This document shows positions 1-9,231 of a stretch of 64,000 bases of DNA, piece after piece. A program made the translations under genes and the position numbers. The stretch comes from Candidatus Sungbacteria bacterium RIFCSPLOWO2_01_FULL_47_32. Lineage in GTDB: Bacteria; Patescibacteriota; Minisyncoccia; Sungbacterales; GWA2-42-14. The DNA is taken from positions 42-64,041 of the forward strand of contig MHQP01000033.1 of the NCBI GenBank assembly GCA_001820685.1, written 5' to 3'. Below the pieces are notes generated by a model. The model saw nothing but the letters and a program-made list of their open reading frames with translations, was not told the origin of the DNA and did no database searches. Every line of letters starts with the position of its first letter. Within the stretch, counting starts at the first letter, position 1.

Positions 1-281
1 GAATGTGAGAATGTTCTGATAAATGAAAAGAATTTTTTGCCATATGGAGAAAGCGAGTGCGCTACCTCTCTGCCCTGATATCGTTTATTCACAAGGCCGG
101 CCTGAGTCAGCCGTCGCGCATGCTCGGAAGTAGTTTTGATGTTGCACCGAATCCTTTCCGCGATCTCATCAAGAGTAATGCCGTCTAATTTTTGTATTAG
201 GAATAAAATTTCTATCCGTCGGTGATTGGCAACTCCCTTGAAATGCCTTTCTAGTTGTTTGCTTGTTTTTATTTTTGTCAT
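1..281 (-). CDS. ArsR/SmtB-family winged-helix transcriptional regulator (partial; 3' end runs off the window edge)
   Basis: Absent from the ORF track because there is no stop inside the window. Minus-strand ATG at 281 gives MTKIKTSKQLERHFKGVANHRRIEILFLIQKLDGITLDEIAERIRCNIKTTSEHARRLTQAGLVNKRYQGREVAHSL..., which fits the ArsR HTH pattern (RxxIL.LL...ELCVCDL......S.SAVSHHLK.L..AGLV). Confidence 0.45.
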   Translation of the reverse strand, partial: MTKIKTSKQLERHFKGVANHRRIEILFLIQKLDGITLDEIAERIRCNIKTTSEHARRLTQAGLVNKRYQGREVAHSLSPYGKKFFSFIRTFSH

Positions 282-297
282 ACCACCATGCTAGCAC

Positions 298-331
298 AAT
301 ATTCTCACATTCTCAAGAATATGAGAATATT
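298..331. promoter_or_regulatory. Perfect 10-bp inverted repeat (AATATTCTCA-N14-TGAGAATATT) just upstream of the ArsR-like gene start; putative autoregulatory operator
   Basis: Arms at 298-307 and 322-331 are exact reverse complements. The spacer contains a nested ATTC..GAAT palindrome. The 12-mer GAATGTGAGAAT at 1-12 is the exact reverse complement of 303-314. Confidence 0.35.
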
Positions 332-362
332 TAACCCGCAGATATGTTTACTATCAATTGGT

Positions 363-1484
363 CTATTCTCCTTTTTTAGCATTTTTAAGAAGTTCCTCCA
401 ATACTTCCATATGTCTTTCAATTGAAAATTCACCGGTTCTTATTTTTGCCGCCACGCCATATTGATGACTAAGATTAGCATCAAACATAAGCAGGAACAT
501 CTTTTCGCGCAAATCGGGAACGTTTTTCGGCTCGACAAGTAGTCCGCTCTTTTTATCTTCTATCAGCTCCCGAGCTCCGGAAACGCGGCTTGAGATACAG
601 GGTTTCCCCGCAGCCATCGCCTCAACGAGAACGACTGGAAGCCCCTCCCATAGAGAAGGTAAAACGAATATATCAGCAACTGCCATAATATCAGGAGCAG
701 GCCAGACGCCGGGCAGAAGCACTGTGCCGCGCATCTCAAGCCTTTTAATCTCCGCCTCAAGCATGGAGCGAAGCGAACCGTCCCCAAAAATAACCACTTT
801 GAATTTCGCATCGGGTTTAAGTTTCCGCAATTCCTCGGCGGCCTGTATCAAATATATGTGCCCTTTTTGCTCAATAAGGCGCCCAGCTGTCGCAAATACG
901 ACCTCGCCATTGGAAATGCCAAGTTTATACTTCAGCTCGCTTTTGTTTTGTGGGAGATTTTCAAAATCTTGAAAGGGCGTTGTATTATAGTTAACGATAA
1001 ATTTTTCGCGAGGTATATGCTCTTGTCTCGAGGTAAACTCAAGAACGTCTTTTGAGACAGCAATAATTTTTGTCGTGCCATAAGAAAGAATTTTGTCGAT
1101 CAGCATCTGCCACCGTTTTTTATCACGATACATATTCTGCTCATGCGATATGATAACAGGCACTCCGGCGCATAGCGCAAGAACCCTCATGACTGTATTT
1201 GTAAAAAAAAGTGTTGTAACTACTGCATCAAATTTCTCTTGCTTGAGAAAACGGAACACCTTGAGCATTTCAGAAGCGTCCCAAAGGCCGCGCATAGCAA
1301 ATCTCACATAGTGCCTTCCAAGAAATGAAACATCTTTCGAAAAACTATTTTCCGACTCCGGAAGAAGTATCGCAAGCCACGGTTCAAAGGCATCCCTATT
1401 AATCCGCGAAATTTGATGCACGGCCATGCGTTCCGCTCCCCCGATGGATAAATTATTTACGGCAAAAAGTATTTTTGCTTTCAT
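363..1484 (-). CDS. Glycosyltransferase family 4 (GT-B fold)
   Basis: N-terminus KILFAVNNLSIGGAERM and the C-terminal E-X7-E region EGLPVVLVEAMAAGKPCISS are typical of Glycos_transf_1/GT4. Confidence 0.85.
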   Translation of the reverse strand: MKAKILFAVNNLSIGGAERMAVHQISRINRDAFEPWLAILLPESENSFSKDVSFLGRHYVRFAMRGLWDASEMLKVFRFLKQEKFDAVVTTLFFTNTVMRVLALCAGVPVIISHEQNMYRDKKRWQMLIDKILSYGTTKIIAVSKDVLEFTSRQEHIPREKFIVNYNTTPFQDFENLPQNKSELKYKLGISNGEVVFATAGRLIEQKGHIYLIQAAEELRKLKPDAKFKVVIFGDGSLRSMLEAEIKRLEMRGTVLLPGVWPAPDIMAVADIFVLPSLWEGLPVVLVEAMAAGKPCISSRVSGARELIEDKKSGLLVEPKNVPDLREKMFLLMFDANLSHQYGVAAKIRTGEFSIERHMEVLEELLKNAKKGE

Positions 1485-1513
1485 AAATGAGAATCTACAA
1501 ATAATTTCGAATG

Positions 1514-1759
1514 CTACAAATGATTGAGAGGAACATCCGCATTCAAGATACGTTTAGCCGCGATATATTTTTGCTGAAAATTTACAAGGTTGCCTAACTT
1601 TTTATTAGAGGAAATCAAATATCGTTTCATTTGAAAGTAGTCCTCTCGCCCAACAATCCTTTTTGCCTTGATCTCTAAAATAATCTTACCGTCAGTAAGA
1701 AAATCTACCCTATTCCTCCCTTTTGTTTCGCCGGCAAACGACTGTTCAAGACTTTTCAT
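1514..1759 (-). CDS. GxxExxY-family protein fragment (C-terminal half only)
   Basis: RVDFLTDGKIILEIKAKRIV...GNLVNFQ matches the C-terminal beta-strand region of GxxExxY proteins. The N-terminal motif is missing. An in-frame TAA lies 18 nt upstream, and the ORF overlaps the upstream methyltransferase by 4 nt. Confidence 0.35.
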   Translation of the reverse strand: MKSLEQSFAGETKGRNRVDFLTDGKIILEIKAKRIVGREDYFQMKRYLISSNKKLGNLVNFQQKYIAAKRILNADVPLNHL

Positions 1760-2439
1760 ATTTGCGGCACTCGCATATTATTCGAACCAGATGCATTATG
1801 TTTTGGTTTTTTACAAACAAACGAAAGGTCGAATGCGAAAAGTTCCGGACACATGCGAGCAAGCACCCCAAGTCTCCCGTATCCAATAATTTTAACGGAA
1901 CTGAAATGGCGCCTAAGCATGCCGTTAAGCTCATGCGAGGAAAACTGCGTTATGTGCGTCGGGTCTTCCAGTGGGGTAAAATGCTTATTTGCAAAAAGAT
2001 ATTTTATCCGATTTTTAAGCGAGAACGCATTTGGAACTGAACCCACAAAGACGCCGTCCGGCTTCAGGCGCAAAATAATTTTTTCAACGACGCGCTCCGG
2101 GTAATACAAGTGCTCCAATACCTCCCCCGCAACGGCTCCGTCAAACACCCGCCCGGCAAGTTCCTGCCAATCTCCGTTCAAATCAACAAGCATTGTTTCA
2201 ATTCCGAGTGTTTGCTTTGCCCGCCCAAGCGAAATGCTGTCTATATCAACGCCTAAAACCTTGTTTCCGTTACTAAAATGGCGCGTCAAGGCGCCATCGC
2301 GGCATCCGATATCAAGAACGGTTTTTCCGGTTCCTAAGATACTGCCGTAAAGTTTTCCACGCTCGTCTTCAAGAATGGAAAAACCGGTGGAGCGGTCTTC
2401 TTTATGGTGTGTTTCGTAAATTTTTTGTAGTGATGACAT
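1756..2439 (-). CDS. Class I SAM-dependent methyltransferase
   Basis: Motif I is VLDIGCRDGALTRH, followed by VLGVDID and LKPDGVFV. The track ORF extends to 2493; a start at MSSLQK (2439) avoids a 35-bp overlap with the next gene. Confidence 0.8.
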   Translation of the reverse strand: MSSLQKIYETHHKEDRSTGFSILEDERGKLYGSILGTGKTVLDIGCRDGALTRHFSNGNKVLGVDIDSISLGRAKQTLGIETMLVDLNGDWQELAGRVFDGAVAGEVLEHLYYPERVVEKIILRLKPDGVFVGSVPNAFSLKNRIKYLFANKHFTPLEDPTHITQFSSHELNGMLRRHFSSVKIIGYGRLGVLARMCPELFAFDLSFVCKKPKHNASGSNNMRVPQI

Positions 2440-2458
2440 GCTCGCGAATATTAGCGGT

Positions 2459-4129
2459 TTAGAGCACTTCGTAAATTTCAACAAATGGTCCACTTTTATC
2501 GAGCTTCCATAAAACAGTCCACTGGGTCGGGTTATTCAGATAATCATCGATTCCGCCGCCGCGCAGAGCCTCGTCATGCGTCGGATAGAAACTTTGAACA
2601 AGTTTTATACGATGAAATTTTTCAACCCCCGCACGAATTGTGTCCCCCTTTTCTTTCTTCCAGTATGCGATAAGAATATATTTCGTATTGCTCCCACCAA
2701 GTTCCTCGTATCTGTAATTATAGAAGTCGTAAAAAAGATTCATTCCCGTTCCGTCAAATACATCTTTTTTTGTGACAATGTAATTTATTTTCGCCGACTC
2801 ATTTTGCTTGTTCACTTCTTTGTGATACCGAGCGGCCTCGTAAGAAAGCGGAGCATCGAAACGGTGTTCAAATGAATACACAACTTCTTTCCCGTGAAGA
2901 TTATCGGAAAGCCATTGCTTTGTTTCAAGAAACGTGTTCGCGCGAAGGAGACTAACCCACTTCATGCTTGTGGAAAGACTTGGGATAAGCAGAAGTCCTA
3001 TAAATATTCCGAGGGCAGTCCGCTTACAATTTTTACCCGTAAGCCGATCAACCGCATATGCTATTCCGAATGTCGCCGCAAGTGTTAAAAACGGCAAAAG
3101 CCAGCGGGTCATGCGCGGAGCACTGATGATGCTCACCATGATCAGGTAATTAAACGCAAGCGCGCCGAATACATACCTATGCAGTTTGTCCCTAACGAGC
3201 GATGAAGCAAAAAGGGCAACTGCAAGCCAAAAAACGGCCATTAAAACCGGTTCAATAAAAAAGGTATCGCGAAAAACAAAATAGAAACGTTCAAACTTGC
3301 CTACCGGGTAAAAGCTGACATAATTATTTGCCGCATAGTATCCATAGAGGTTTTCGAGCACCATTCTCCTTACGCCGTTAAAATTCATTAAGTAAAAAAA
3401 CGAAACCGGAAGCGCATAAAGAAGCGTTGCCCGGAGAATCTCTTTTTTGCGAAAGAGTTCTTTATTGAACATGACCCCAAAAACAGGAATGATAAAGGCG
3501 GAAATCCCTACATAATGCACCGATAGCGCGAGGGTAGCGGCAAAAACCGACAGATAGAAAAAGCGAAAGTCTTTTTTGCGTTCAAAAATAAGAATAAAAA
3601 ATAAGGACAGCAAATAGAAAGTGATCATTCCGCTATGCGCTTTGCCCCAATGGGACAAGAAAACAGGAAGCACGCTCACCGCATATGCAGCGGCAGCGGC
3701 GTATGCGCTTGCGGTTTGAGCAAACAGCAAGCGGTATATTTTGTAAATAAGATATACACCGAGCATACCGAATGCGACCGAGAACCAACGCGTAACAATA
3801 ATGAGCTCTCCCATCCCGGATAGAATATAATGCGTTTTTATTGCCTCCGCACTCAAAAGATTTTGGGTGAGTGCTGTATACCCGACCTTGAGCACAACCG
3901 CCGGTATATAAAAGAGTGTCAATAAAATCGGGTGCTGGAGGACATCCGTAGCAAGACTCTTAGCATCGGCAACTTTTAGAATGTAAGAAATGTGGTAATG
4001 CTCATCCCAGATAAAATTTACGCCTGGATAATCAAAGTAAATTCCGTATATGCGCAGCGCGAGTCCGGCAATAAGAATTGCCAGGAGAATCGCGTGTTCT
4101 TTCGCCAGTTGTGATATCCAGTTAGTCAT
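2459..4129 (-). CDS. GT-C fold integral-membrane glycosyltransferase (ArnT/PMT-like), paralog A
   Basis: About 12 predicted TM helices, the loop motif WGKAHSGMITFY, and a ~120-aa soluble C-terminal domain ending SGPFVEIYEVL. It is clearly homologous to 4122..5837 and 16974..18737. Confidence 0.6.
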   Translation of the reverse strand: MTNWISQLAKEHAILLAILIAGLALRIYGIYFDYPGVNFIWDEHYHISYILKVADAKSLATDVLQHPILLTLFYIPAVVLKVGYTALTQNLLSAEAIKTHYILSGMGELIIVTRWFSVAFGMLGVYLIYKIYRLLFAQTASAYAAAAAYAVSVLPVFLSHWGKAHSGMITFYLLSLFFILIFERKKDFRFFYLSVFAATLALSVHYVGISAFIIPVFGVMFNKELFRKKEILRATLLYALPVSFFYLMNFNGVRRMVLENLYGYYAANNYVSFYPVGKFERFYFVFRDTFFIEPVLMAVFWLAVALFASSLVRDKLHRYVFGALAFNYLIMVSIISAPRMTRWLLPFLTLAATFGIAYAVDRLTGKNCKRTALGIFIGLLLIPSLSTSMKWVSLLRANTFLETKQWLSDNLHGKEVVYSFEHRFDAPLSYEAARYHKEVNKQNESAKINYIVTKKDVFDGTGMNLFYDFYNYRYEELGGSNTKYILIAYWKKEKGDTIRAGVEKFHRIKLVQSFYPTHDEALRGGGIDDYLNNPTQWTVLWKLDKSGPFVEIYEVL

Positions 4130-5837
4130 ATGCTAACTGCTGGATTGAACTTTTATCATACGAAATAACTCTGTAAATTTCGACGAACGGACCGGTCCCC
4201 CGCAATTGCATAAGTACCCTCCAATTCAGCGGATTATTCACATATCCTTCTTCAATCTCGCCCAAAGGCAGATCTTTGCGGTCAGTAGGGTAAAATTTTT
4301 GGACCAATTCCAAGGTATGCTCCTTCTTTATTTTTTCAACCTTAGTGACTCCATCATCGCTGTTCCAATACGTCACAACCGCATACTTCGTTGCCGGACC
4401 GGCAAGCTCTTTATGCCGAAGCGCACGATCATAGAAAATATTTATTCCGCTATTTTGAAATTGCTCCTTGTGGCTGATGATGTAGTTAATCTTGCCGGAG
4501 GCCGTAACACCGTTCATATCCCGCTGCCAAAGAGCCGCGTCATAAGAAAGAGGAACATCAATAAGGTTATTGGTAGAATATATAACATCGCCCTTGGCCG
4601 GAACCGTGAGCAGCCACTCTCGCGCCGCAACCATGGTATCGTTATGTATAAGAATCAGCCATTTCGCCGTAAAAATAAGGCTCGGGATAAGAAACAGGGT
4701 TCCGATGGCGCATAAGGCAAATTTTCCGAATCCTTTCTTGAGCAGCCACTCCATAGCTATGGCTGCGGCAAGCGTTGAGGAAAAAAGGATAAAAGGCGTC
4801 TCATATCGCGACATGTATTTTGATGCAACAACCAGTGTCAAAAATAGGTAATTACACGCAAGAAATACGGCAATATACCGCACAAACCTGTCTTTAAAAA
4901 ACTTTTTGATATTAAACACGAGTAATCCCAGAAAAAGACCGACAAACGCCGGCTCTAGGTTGAACGACTCTCTGATCACGTAGTAAAATCTTTCCCACCG
5001 GCCGATAGGATAAATGCTCGTATAGTTATTTGAACCATAATAACTGGTAGGCGAAATAAGAGTTATATAGAGAGAATAGAATACTCCGCGGTAATTTACG
5101 AGGTAAAAAAAAGCAACAATGGCCCCATAGGCCAGTGCCGCTTTGAAGACGGTCCGAAACTTAATGCTCTCCCTGTTCCACACATAACCCCACAAGGGAA
5201 TGAAAAAAGCATTTACTCCGAGATAATGGGCGGAGAACGATAGTGCCGCAGTAATCACTGAACACCAAAACCATAAAAGCTTTTTTTCTTCCTCAAACCG
5301 CAAAATGCAATAGAGAGATAAAACAAGAAAAAATATCAAACCGCTATGCGCCTTTCCCCAATGGGACACAAGAACCGGCATAAGGCTTACCGCGCACACC
5401 AAAGCCGCATACAGCGCCGGCGGCTCCTGTTTAAAAACTATTCGATATATTTTGTAAATAAGAAAAATCGTAGCTGTTCCAAAGAACACGGCATACCATC
5501 GGGCAACCACCACCAAATCTCCCATGCCATTCACGATAAAATACGCTTTTAGCGTATCAATGCCGTATAACCCCCTCACAACGGCAATATATGCAATCTT
5601 TATAAGAACTCCCGGAATATACAAAAAAGAAAGCAGTGCGGGGTATTGCAATACGTTATTGAATACATCGCCCTGCAAAACCCTCAAGAGATACGACATG
5701 TTCCACGTCTCCGCCGTCACAATCTCTACCGCCGGATAGTCAAAATAAATGCCGTAGACGCGAAGAAAGAAACCAAAAACAATAATGGAAACAAGAATGT
5801 AGTGTTCCCGCACCTTCTGTATGAGCGATAAAATCAT
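4122..5837 (-). CDS. GT-C fold integral-membrane glycosyltransferase (ArnT/PMT-like), paralog B
   Basis: Carries WGKAHSGLIFF. Its C-terminal domain KINYIISHKEQF...NNPLNWRVLMQLRGTGPFVEIYRV aligns with paralog A. A start at MILSLIQ (5837) gives the classic 4-nt ATGA overlap with the upstream methyltransferase; the track ORF extends to 5918. Confidence 0.6.
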   Translation of the reverse strand: MILSLIQKVREHYILVSIIVFGFFLRVYGIYFDYPAVEIVTAETWNMSYLLRVLQGDVFNNVLQYPALLSFLYIPGVLIKIAYIAVVRGLYGIDTLKAYFIVNGMGDLVVVARWYAVFFGTATIFLIYKIYRIVFKQEPPALYAALVCAVSLMPVLVSHWGKAHSGLIFFLVLSLYCILRFEEEKKLLWFWCSVITAALSFSAHYLGVNAFFIPLWGYVWNRESIKFRTVFKAALAYGAIVAFFYLVNYRGVFYSLYITLISPTSYYGSNNYTSIYPIGRWERFYYVIRESFNLEPAFVGLFLGLLVFNIKKFFKDRFVRYIAVFLACNYLFLTLVVASKYMSRYETPFILFSSTLAAAIAMEWLLKKGFGKFALCAIGTLFLIPSLIFTAKWLILIHNDTMVAAREWLLTVPAKGDVIYSTNNLIDVPLSYDAALWQRDMNGVTASGKINYIISHKEQFQNSGINIFYDRALRHKELAGPATKYAVVTYWNSDDGVTKVEKIKKEHTLELVQKFYPTDRKDLPLGEIEEGYVNNPLNWRVLMQLRGTGPFVEIYRVISYDKSSIQQLAYD

Positions 5838-6568
5838 TTTTGAGCTGTTATCAATAGTGAGCCGGAAATTTCTTTTAAGAGCGGAACAATCTCTGGCACA
5901 AGAAGCGGAGCAGAACAAAAACGCACGATACTGTCGGGGAGCGCCGGATGCAGGAAGTCGAAATTATCGACACTGACGTTCCTATACCCGACTTCTTCGA
6001 GTGAGCGCGCGAGCCCACAACGGAAAAAAGCTGTTTCGTCGGGAGAGTCTCCCATTGCCTTCTTCAGCCATGGAATATTCTTTTGCAAAAATATCTGCGG
6101 GTTTGCCATATTCGGCTCACTAAAAAGAAGAAGACCGCCATGCGCAAGCTTCCGGTAACACGATTCAAGTGTTTTTTTATGATCAGTGTGATGCAACACA
6201 GAAACTCCGACAATATGCGTAAAGGTTCCGTCAGAAAAATTGTCAAGTTCTTCGGCATCCGCTGTTCTTACTTCAACATTCCGATATTTTTCGACTTTCT
6301 TTTTTGCGACCTTAATTAAGTCCGGCGATATGTCTATCGCCGTTATTGATGCCCCGGTTTGCGCAAGTTTCGCGGTAAACTCCCCCGTTCCGCACCCAAG
6401 CTCAAGCACCCGGCTTCCGGACCAGATGAGACCGTTCTCTATCATAAGATTTATCCGCCTCTCCGTCCGAATCCTCCCAGCCTCGCCGCTTCTTCCCCAC
6501 ACACCTTCCGCGTAATCGGCAATTTTTTTTCCGTGCGTTATTTCATTTATTTTTCGCTGGTCATTCAT
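5834..6568 (-). CDS. Class I SAM-dependent methyltransferase
   Basis: Motif I is VLELGCGTGEFTAKLA, followed by ITAIDISPDLIKVA and LAHGGLLLFSEP. Confidence 0.8.
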   Translation of the reverse strand: MNDQRKINEITHGKKIADYAEGVWGRSGEAGRIRTERRINLMIENGLIWSGSRVLELGCGTGEFTAKLAQTGASITAIDISPDLIKVAKKKVEKYRNVEVRTADAEELDNFSDGTFTHIVGVSVLHHTDHKKTLESCYRKLAHGGLLLFSEPNMANPQIFLQKNIPWLKKAMGDSPDETAFFRCGLARSLEEVGYRNVSVDNFDFLHPALPDSIVRFCSAPLLVPEIVPLLKEISGSLLITAQK

Positions 6569-6573
6569 ACTAT

Positions 6574-7635
6574 TTACACAAGCCTGCTTGCTTCCGCATC
6601 TATCATCTCTTCCATAATATTGTCAAGTTTTTTGGTAATACCCCAGTCCGGATAATCGGTTTTAAGTTTTTTTAAATTTGAAATATAACAGATGTGGTCT
6701 CCTTCGCGATTCTTTTCGTCGTAAACGGAATTTACCGTCTTGCCGGTTATAGATTTTATTTTATCAAAAGTTTCAAGAATAGACATGCTGTTCCCCCTTC
6801 CTCCGCCTAAATTATACACGACTCCTTGTTTCGGATTAGCGATGAATTCTTCGAAGGCCCGAACGACGTCGTATGAATGTATCTGGTCGCGGACTTGTTT
6901 TCCTTTGTAACCGAAGATCGTATACATTCCTCCGCTCACCGCAACCTTAATAAGGTATGACAAAAACCCGTGAAGTTCCACACCGCTATGTTGGGGGCCG
7001 GTAAGACATCCTCCGCGGAAGGAGACGGTATTCATCCCAAAATATTTTCCGTATTCCTGGACCATGACATCCGCGGCAACTTTTGAAGCGCCGAAGATGC
7101 TGTGCTTGGAGCCGTCGATGCTTTGTGTTTCATCGATGCCGTCAAAGTGTTCCGGTTTTGAATATTCCCAGCGCGTTGCCTTCTCTTCTAGAGGCAGATA
7201 ATTTGGGCTATCGCCATACACCTTATTGGTGCTCATGAAAACAAACGGGGCTTCAGGAGAATATGTGCGCGTAGCCTCAAGTAAAATGTGCGTTCCAACC
7301 GCGTTCACTTCAAAATCCAAAAGCGGGTCTTTTTTTGCCCAATCGTGGGATGGCTGGGCCGCGCAATGAATGATGGCTTCGGGCGGGTTCTCTTTGAGGA
7401 GCGAAAATATTTTCATGCGGTCGCGGATGTCGATATCATGATGGACAAAATTCGGAATGCCGTCCTTGAGCCGTTTCAGATTCCACGATGTATCCCCTTT
7501 GTCGCCAAAAAAGAACTTCCGCATATTATTATCAATGCCGTGAATCTCGTACCCTTTATTACCGAAATACAAAGAAGCCTCGGAACCGATAAGGCCCTGG
7601 GATCCCGTAATAAGCATTACTTTTTTCTTTGCCAT
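6574..7635 (-). CDS. NAD-dependent epimerase/dehydratase (extended SDR), CDP-paratose 2-epimerase-like
   Basis: Rossmann motif LITGSQGLIGSE, catalytic region STNKVYGD ... YGASKVAAD (YxxxK), and GYKGKQVRD resembling CDP-paratose 2-epimerase. The start is probably MAKKKV at 7635. Confidence 0.75.
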   Translation of the reverse strand: MAKKKVMLITGSQGLIGSEASLYFGNKGYEIHGIDNNMRKFFFGDKGDTSWNLKRLKDGIPNFVHHDIDIRDRMKIFSLLKENPPEAIIHCAAQPSHDWAKKDPLLDFEVNAVGTHILLEATRTYSPEAPFVFMSTNKVYGDSPNYLPLEEKATRWEYSKPEHFDGIDETQSIDGSKHSIFGASKVAADVMVQEYGKYFGMNTVSFRGGCLTGPQHSGVELHGFLSYLIKVAVSGGMYTIFGYKGKQVRDQIHSYDVVRAFEEFIANPKQGVVYNLGGGRGNSMSILETFDKIKSITGKTVNSVYDEKNREGDHICYISNLKKLKTDYPDWGITKKLDNIMEEMIDAEASRLV

Positions 7636-7749
7636 TGCTTCGCGAATACGCGCAAATGTAGGTACGAATTTCACAAATATTTTTAGCCATTCATGAAATA
7701 AGCGGCTATATTCGAGTAAATTGGTAATACCTATAAAACGAGATAAACG

Positions 7750-9189
7750 CTACATAAGTTTCAGTTTCCGGAAGGCTGCAACGCACATTTTCAGCATGAC
7801 AACGCCGTTATACAAGCGTTTTTTCATTTTTGTCTCGCCGTAAACCCTACTTACATAGTGCACCGGCACATCAATTATCTCAAGATTTATCTTTGAAGCG
7901 CTGAAAAGAAGCTCGTAGTCTCCCCAGCGGTCTTCAGTGCCCCATGTGTGGAAAAACTGCCTCATTCGCTCATAATCGGCCCGCCAGAATACTTTTGTTC
8001 CGCAAAGCGTGTCTTTTATAGGGCGCCCCAACAAATAAGAGAATACAACACTAAAAAACTTATTTCCAATGATGTTAAAGGGGCGCATGGCGTCTTGCTC
8101 CATCGGATAGACCATGCGGGATCCGTTGATAAATTCTCCCCGGCCCTGAATAAGCGCATTGTAAAAATAGGGCAACTCTTCCGGCAAGACCGTAAGATCC
8201 GCATCAAGTATCATCAAAATATCTCCCGAGGCGTGGCTAAACCCCTCCCATACGGCTTTTGCCTTTGAAACTCCGGGGCCGAGAAAAAGTTTTATGTTTT
8301 TATTGGGATACCTCTTTATGCATTTCCGAACCTCGTCCCCCGTCCCATCGTCAGATTTATCGTCAATAAAAATGAGTTCGGTTCCCTTCCCCATTTTCGG
8401 AACACGCATGACCGCCCCTTCGATATTTTCCCGTTCATTCTTACAGGGAATAATGACGCTGACAGAGTATGCGTGAGGATCTTTTGGAGAAGATATTTTT
8501 TTAGCTACCAATACCTGGAGAAAACAGAGGCGATTGATAAGCGGAATTTTTGCAATGAATCGGTTTAAGAACCGGCTTATGACTGGAATGTATTTTGGGA
8601 AAATGACCTCGTGTTCTTGCTTGATTATTTCAAACCCCGCCAGGTGCAGCATGTTTGAAATATCGGAAAGAGAAACCCAGTTCAACGCAGGCTGTTTCAT
8701 TTTTAATCCTAGCTTCTCACCCGCCTTTATCAGCGGATACCACAAAAAATTATGGTTCACGATTATGATACGCGTCCGTTCATTCGAAACCTTATGAAGT
8801 TCGGTAAAATGCTTCTCGACATCCACAATATCGTCAATGAGATTCACAAGGAGCACATAATCGAAGACTTCACTCATCGGTAAAGCTTCAAAATCCGCCC
8901 TCATAAAACGATACTGCGGATATTTTTCTTTGGCGAAATTTGCAAGCTCTTCGCAATAGTCGAGGCCGACTCCGATTTTTGGCTTAACCGCGTCCAAAAA
9001 ATCTCCAAGATCGCTTTTCAAAAGCAGAACTTTTTTCTCCGGCTCAACGAGAAATTTTAAAATATGCCCGATATAGTTGTAATAATACCGGTTCCTTTCT
9101 ATCTGTGCTTTCCGCTTTACCGCGTTTTTCCGGTAGTTCTCGAGAACTTCCCGCTTCTTTTTTGCTAATATGTCTTGTCCTTCATCCAT
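7750..9189 (-). CDS. Two-domain protein: N-terminal class-I-methyltransferase-like domain fused to a C-terminal GT2 (DPM1/GtrB-like) glycosyltransferase
   Basis: The C-terminal half has SVIIPCKNERENI...FIDDKSDDGT...ILDADL (GT2 DxD). The N-terminal half has a methyltransferase-like layout (VLLLKSDLGDFLDA ... FDYVLLVNLIDDIVD ... RIIIVNHN) with a degenerate glycine motif. Confidence 0.7.
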   Translation of the reverse strand: MDEGQDILAKKKREVLENYRKNAVKRKAQIERNRYYYNYIGHILKFLVEPEKKVLLLKSDLGDFLDAVKPKIGVGLDYCEELANFAKEKYPQYRFMRADFEALPMSEVFDYVLLVNLIDDIVDVEKHFTELHKVSNERTRIIIVNHNFLWYPLIKAGEKLGLKMKQPALNWVSLSDISNMLHLAGFEIIKQEHEVIFPKYIPVISRFLNRFIAKIPLINRLCFLQVLVAKKISSPKDPHAYSVSVIIPCKNERENIEGAVMRVPKMGKGTELIFIDDKSDDGTGDEVRKCIKRYPNKNIKLFLGPGVSKAKAVWEGFSHASGDILMILDADLTVLPEELPYFYNALIQGRGEFINGSRMVYPMEQDAMRPFNIIGNKFFSVVFSYLLGRPIKDTLCGTKVFWRADYERMRQFFHTWGTEDRWGDYELLFSASKINLEIIDVPVHYVSRVYGETKMKKRLYNGVVMLKMCVAAFRKLKLM

Positions 9190-9231
9190 ATGTTTATACT
9201 ATAAGGCCGCCGGAAATCCCGGACCCCGCCG

